DNA from: Candidatus Latescibacterota bacterium
Lineage (GTDB): Bacteria > Latescibacterota > UBA2968 > UBA8231
Direction: 5' to 3'
DNA: 31,158 nucleotides
Assembly: GCA_965205655.1 (NCBI GenBank)
Contig: CBDBIJ010000076.1
Span: forward strand, 1 to 31,158
Shown here: piece by piece, positions 28,944-31,158 of the stretch
Numbering within the stretch: the first letter of the stretch is position 1
Layout: each line of letters opens with the position of its first letter
Notes under the pieces: generated by a model
Database searches by the model: none
The model's input: the letters and a program-made list of their open reading frames with translations, nothing else
Told to the model about the DNA's origin: nothing
Program-made: the position numbers and the translations under genes

Positions 28944-29774
28944 CTAGTCGGCGCCAGACTTTTCGCGGCGAAGGTCGATGTCGAAGATGCGCAGCGAGGC
29001 GCTGCCGAACTCACCGATGAGCTCTGGAATGTCGTCGTTGTCCACATCGAGGGTGGCGATTCGCTCGCCGAAGGCTACCGGTGACTGCCACTCCAGGTCG
29101 AGGAAGCGCGCGTCGAAGACATAGCCGTCGTTGAGGACGATCTCGTTGGCGCCGTCTCCATCGACGTCAGCGACGATGATCTGGGTCGTCTCCAGATCGG
29201 CCTGATTGCTGTGCCACTCCTCGAAGCGGTCGCGACCATCGTAGATGACGAGCCGGCCATCGGCGCACAGCAACAGCTCCTTCTGGTCATCGTCATCGAC
29301 ATTGTAGATGGCGGCTGCGGTGAGCTGCTCGTACTCGTCGGGCGGGTTGCTCCAGATGGTGTGATAATCGGCCACATCGAGAAAATGCAGCCGGCCTTCA
29401 TCGGTGTAGAGCACGATTTCGTCGAGCCCGTCGCCTTCAAGGTCGCTGATGAGCACGCCGCCAACGGCGCTCTCGAAGAACTCGCTAACCCAGATCTCCT
29501 CGAACCCCCCCTTGCCGCGCCGCTCATAGACGCGGGCGAACCCGCGGGCATCGCCGAGGATGAAGCGGGCAGCACCTTTCTTCGGGGGCAAGGCTTGCAG
29601 GGCGTCGAATTCGTCAAGTGAACCCCCGGCGAGAGCCAGCCACGCAGAAACCCCGTCAGGGACCCAGACCGAATCGGCGTCTGCGCCGGCCTTCCCGGAT
29701 TCGGCATCAACCGGCGTCGCGAGCAGATGAATGCCGAGCAGGAGAGTGAGGCAGACCCCTCTCGGATCCGACAT
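28944..29774 (-). CDS. Exported protein with FG-GAP/VCBS-like Ca-binding repeats
   Basis: Signal peptide. Repeats DLEGDGLDEIV, NVDDDDQKELL, DVDGDGANEIV and DVDNDDIPELI. ATG at 29774 follows GGAGG. Confidence 0.75.
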   Translation of the reverse strand: MSDPRGVCLTLLLGIHLLATPVDAESGKAGADADSVWVPDGVSAWLALAGGSLDEFDALQALPPKKGAARFILGDARGFARVYERRGKGGFEEIWVSEFFESAVGGVLISDLEGDGLDEIVLYTDEGRLHFLDVADYHTIWSNPPDEYEQLTAAAIYNVDDDDQKELLLCADGRLVIYDGRDRFEEWHSNQADLETTQIIVADVDGDGANEIVLNDGYVFDARFLDLEWQSPVAFGERIATLDVDNDDIPELIGEFGSASLRIFDIDLRREKSGAD

Positions 29775-29778
29775 CGAG

Positions 29779-31084
29779 TCAATCCTCCCCAATCGCCGCC
29801 AGGGCCGCCTCGTACACCGACAGAATCGGCACGTCGCGGGAGCGGGCGAGACGGGCGCAATCGTCGTACTCGGGCGAGTTGCGGCGTGTCCCATCGAGGT
29901 GAGAAATTTTGACTCGGACATCACCGTAGGGCGTGGTCACTGTCGCTGAGGTGCGCTCGAGCAGGCGGCGCTCGACGCGCTGGAATCTGAGCCCGATCGT
30001 CGTCGTTTCGCGCAGCACGATATCGGCCATCGACTCAACCTGGGCGGCATCCACCAGCACGCTCAGCACATTTCCGGGTCGGCCCTTCTTCATGTAAACG
30101 GGGGTGATATACACCTCCTTTGCCCCTCGGCCCAGAAGCAGATCGAAGAGGTAGCCGTACACCTCCGGATTCATGTCGTCGATGTTGGCCTCGATGAGCA
30201 CCGCCTCATCGCGGCCGTGGCCGGCTCTCGAGGCTCGCCCCAAGCGCAGCCGCAGCACGTTCGGTCCCGATGCGAGATCGCGACATCCGGCGCCATAACC
30301 GACGCCGTGCTGGACGAATTCGCCGACGGCGCCAAAACCCGACGCCAGGGTGGTGATGATGGCCGCCCCGGTGGGGGTGACCAGCTCCGCATCGATGTCC
30401 GTCTGGACCATCGGTACCTCCCTGCACAGGGCGACGACTGCCGGTACCGGCACGGGAAGCGCGCCGTGCGCGCAGTCCACGATGCCGGTGCCGCAGTACA
30501 GGGGGGAGGCGTAGACGGTGTCCACGCCGAGGAGCCGCAGACCGGCGACGGCTCCCACGACATCGACGACGGCGTCGAGTGCCCCGACCTCGTGCAGGTG
30601 GACTGCCCGGCTGTCGACGCCATGCACCTCGGCTTCGGCCTCGGCGAGCCGCGTGAAGATCAGCTCGCAAGTGGACTGTACCTCCGCGCTCAGCTGGCTC
30701 CGTCTCAGGACATTGAGCAGGTCCTCGAGGCGGGCAGTTTGTCCGTCGTCGTGGCGCTCGTGTCGCACAGCCTCCCGCCGCCGCGGCAGTGTAGCCGTAC
30801 GAGACAGCTCGGGGACGGCGGGTGCGCCTGCCAGCTCGAGGTGGTGCTCGCGCGCTGCGGCCACAGGTGAACCGCCACCGACACGCACAAGGGCGCGGGT
30901 GGCTCGGATACCGCGGCGAGCAGCCGGTTCGAAGGTGACCTCGAGAATCGGGGAGGTCGAGCTTGGCGATCTCCGCCTGCAGCAGGGAGGCGTCGAGTCC
31001 GGCGTCCACCAGGGCACCGAGGATCATGTCACCGCTGATTCCGGAGAAGCAGTCGAAGTAGGCGATGTCTGCGTGGGAGCTCAT
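29779..31084 (-). pseudogene. larC: Nickel pincer cofactor biosynthesis protein LarC, with a single frameshift near 30946
   Basis: YFDCFSGISGDMILGAL is in one frame. HLHEVGALDAVVD, ELVTPTGAA, EANIDDMNPE, MKKGRPG, ETTTIG and PEYDDC are in another frame. Confidence 0.85.
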
Positions 31085-31158
31085 GCCTGTCGCTTGAATT
31101 CTGACCGACGTTTCTTCCAATCGAGCTCCACGGAGAAGTCGTACACATCGACGAAATC
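31081..31158 (-). CDS. 3' end of an upstream gene (partial, unknown product)
   Basis: Open frame DFVDVYDFSVELDWKKRRSEFKRQA*, whose stop overlaps the larC start as ATGA. Confidence 0.55.
   Translation of the reverse strand, partial: DFVDVYDFSVELDWKKRRSEFKRQA

Overview
GC-rich, gene-dense bacterial window. Gene style suggests a Latescibacterota/FCB-like lineage, which is inference only. From left to right: (1) the 3' part of an uncharacterised membrane-system operon, comprising the tail of a probable FtsX-like permease, two tandem ~800-aa OPT-like transporters that each carry an inserted Ig/FN3-like domain, a two-domain hypothetical protein and a PqqD/RRE-family protein, with a clear duplication scar between the transporters; (2) a bidirectional terminator and a lone flagellin with a sigma-28-like promoter and CsrA-type GGA sites; (3) a PAP2-like membrane protein, recD2, a dprE1/dprE2-like pair, a ZIP-like/DUF318 permease fusion and glgB; (4) a cNMP-REC regulator split by a truncated IS1380-family element flanked by an exact 68-bp direct repeat; (5) a dpp ABC system in which the dppC-TPR-lipoprotein block appears inverted relative to dppA-dppB; (6) a hypothetical protein, a TIM-barrel isomerase, a Gfo/Idh/MocA oxidoreductase, an FG-GAP-like protein and a frameshifted larC. 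No rRNA, tRNA or CRISPR array was recognised. All family calls come from motif recognition by eye; no database searches were run.
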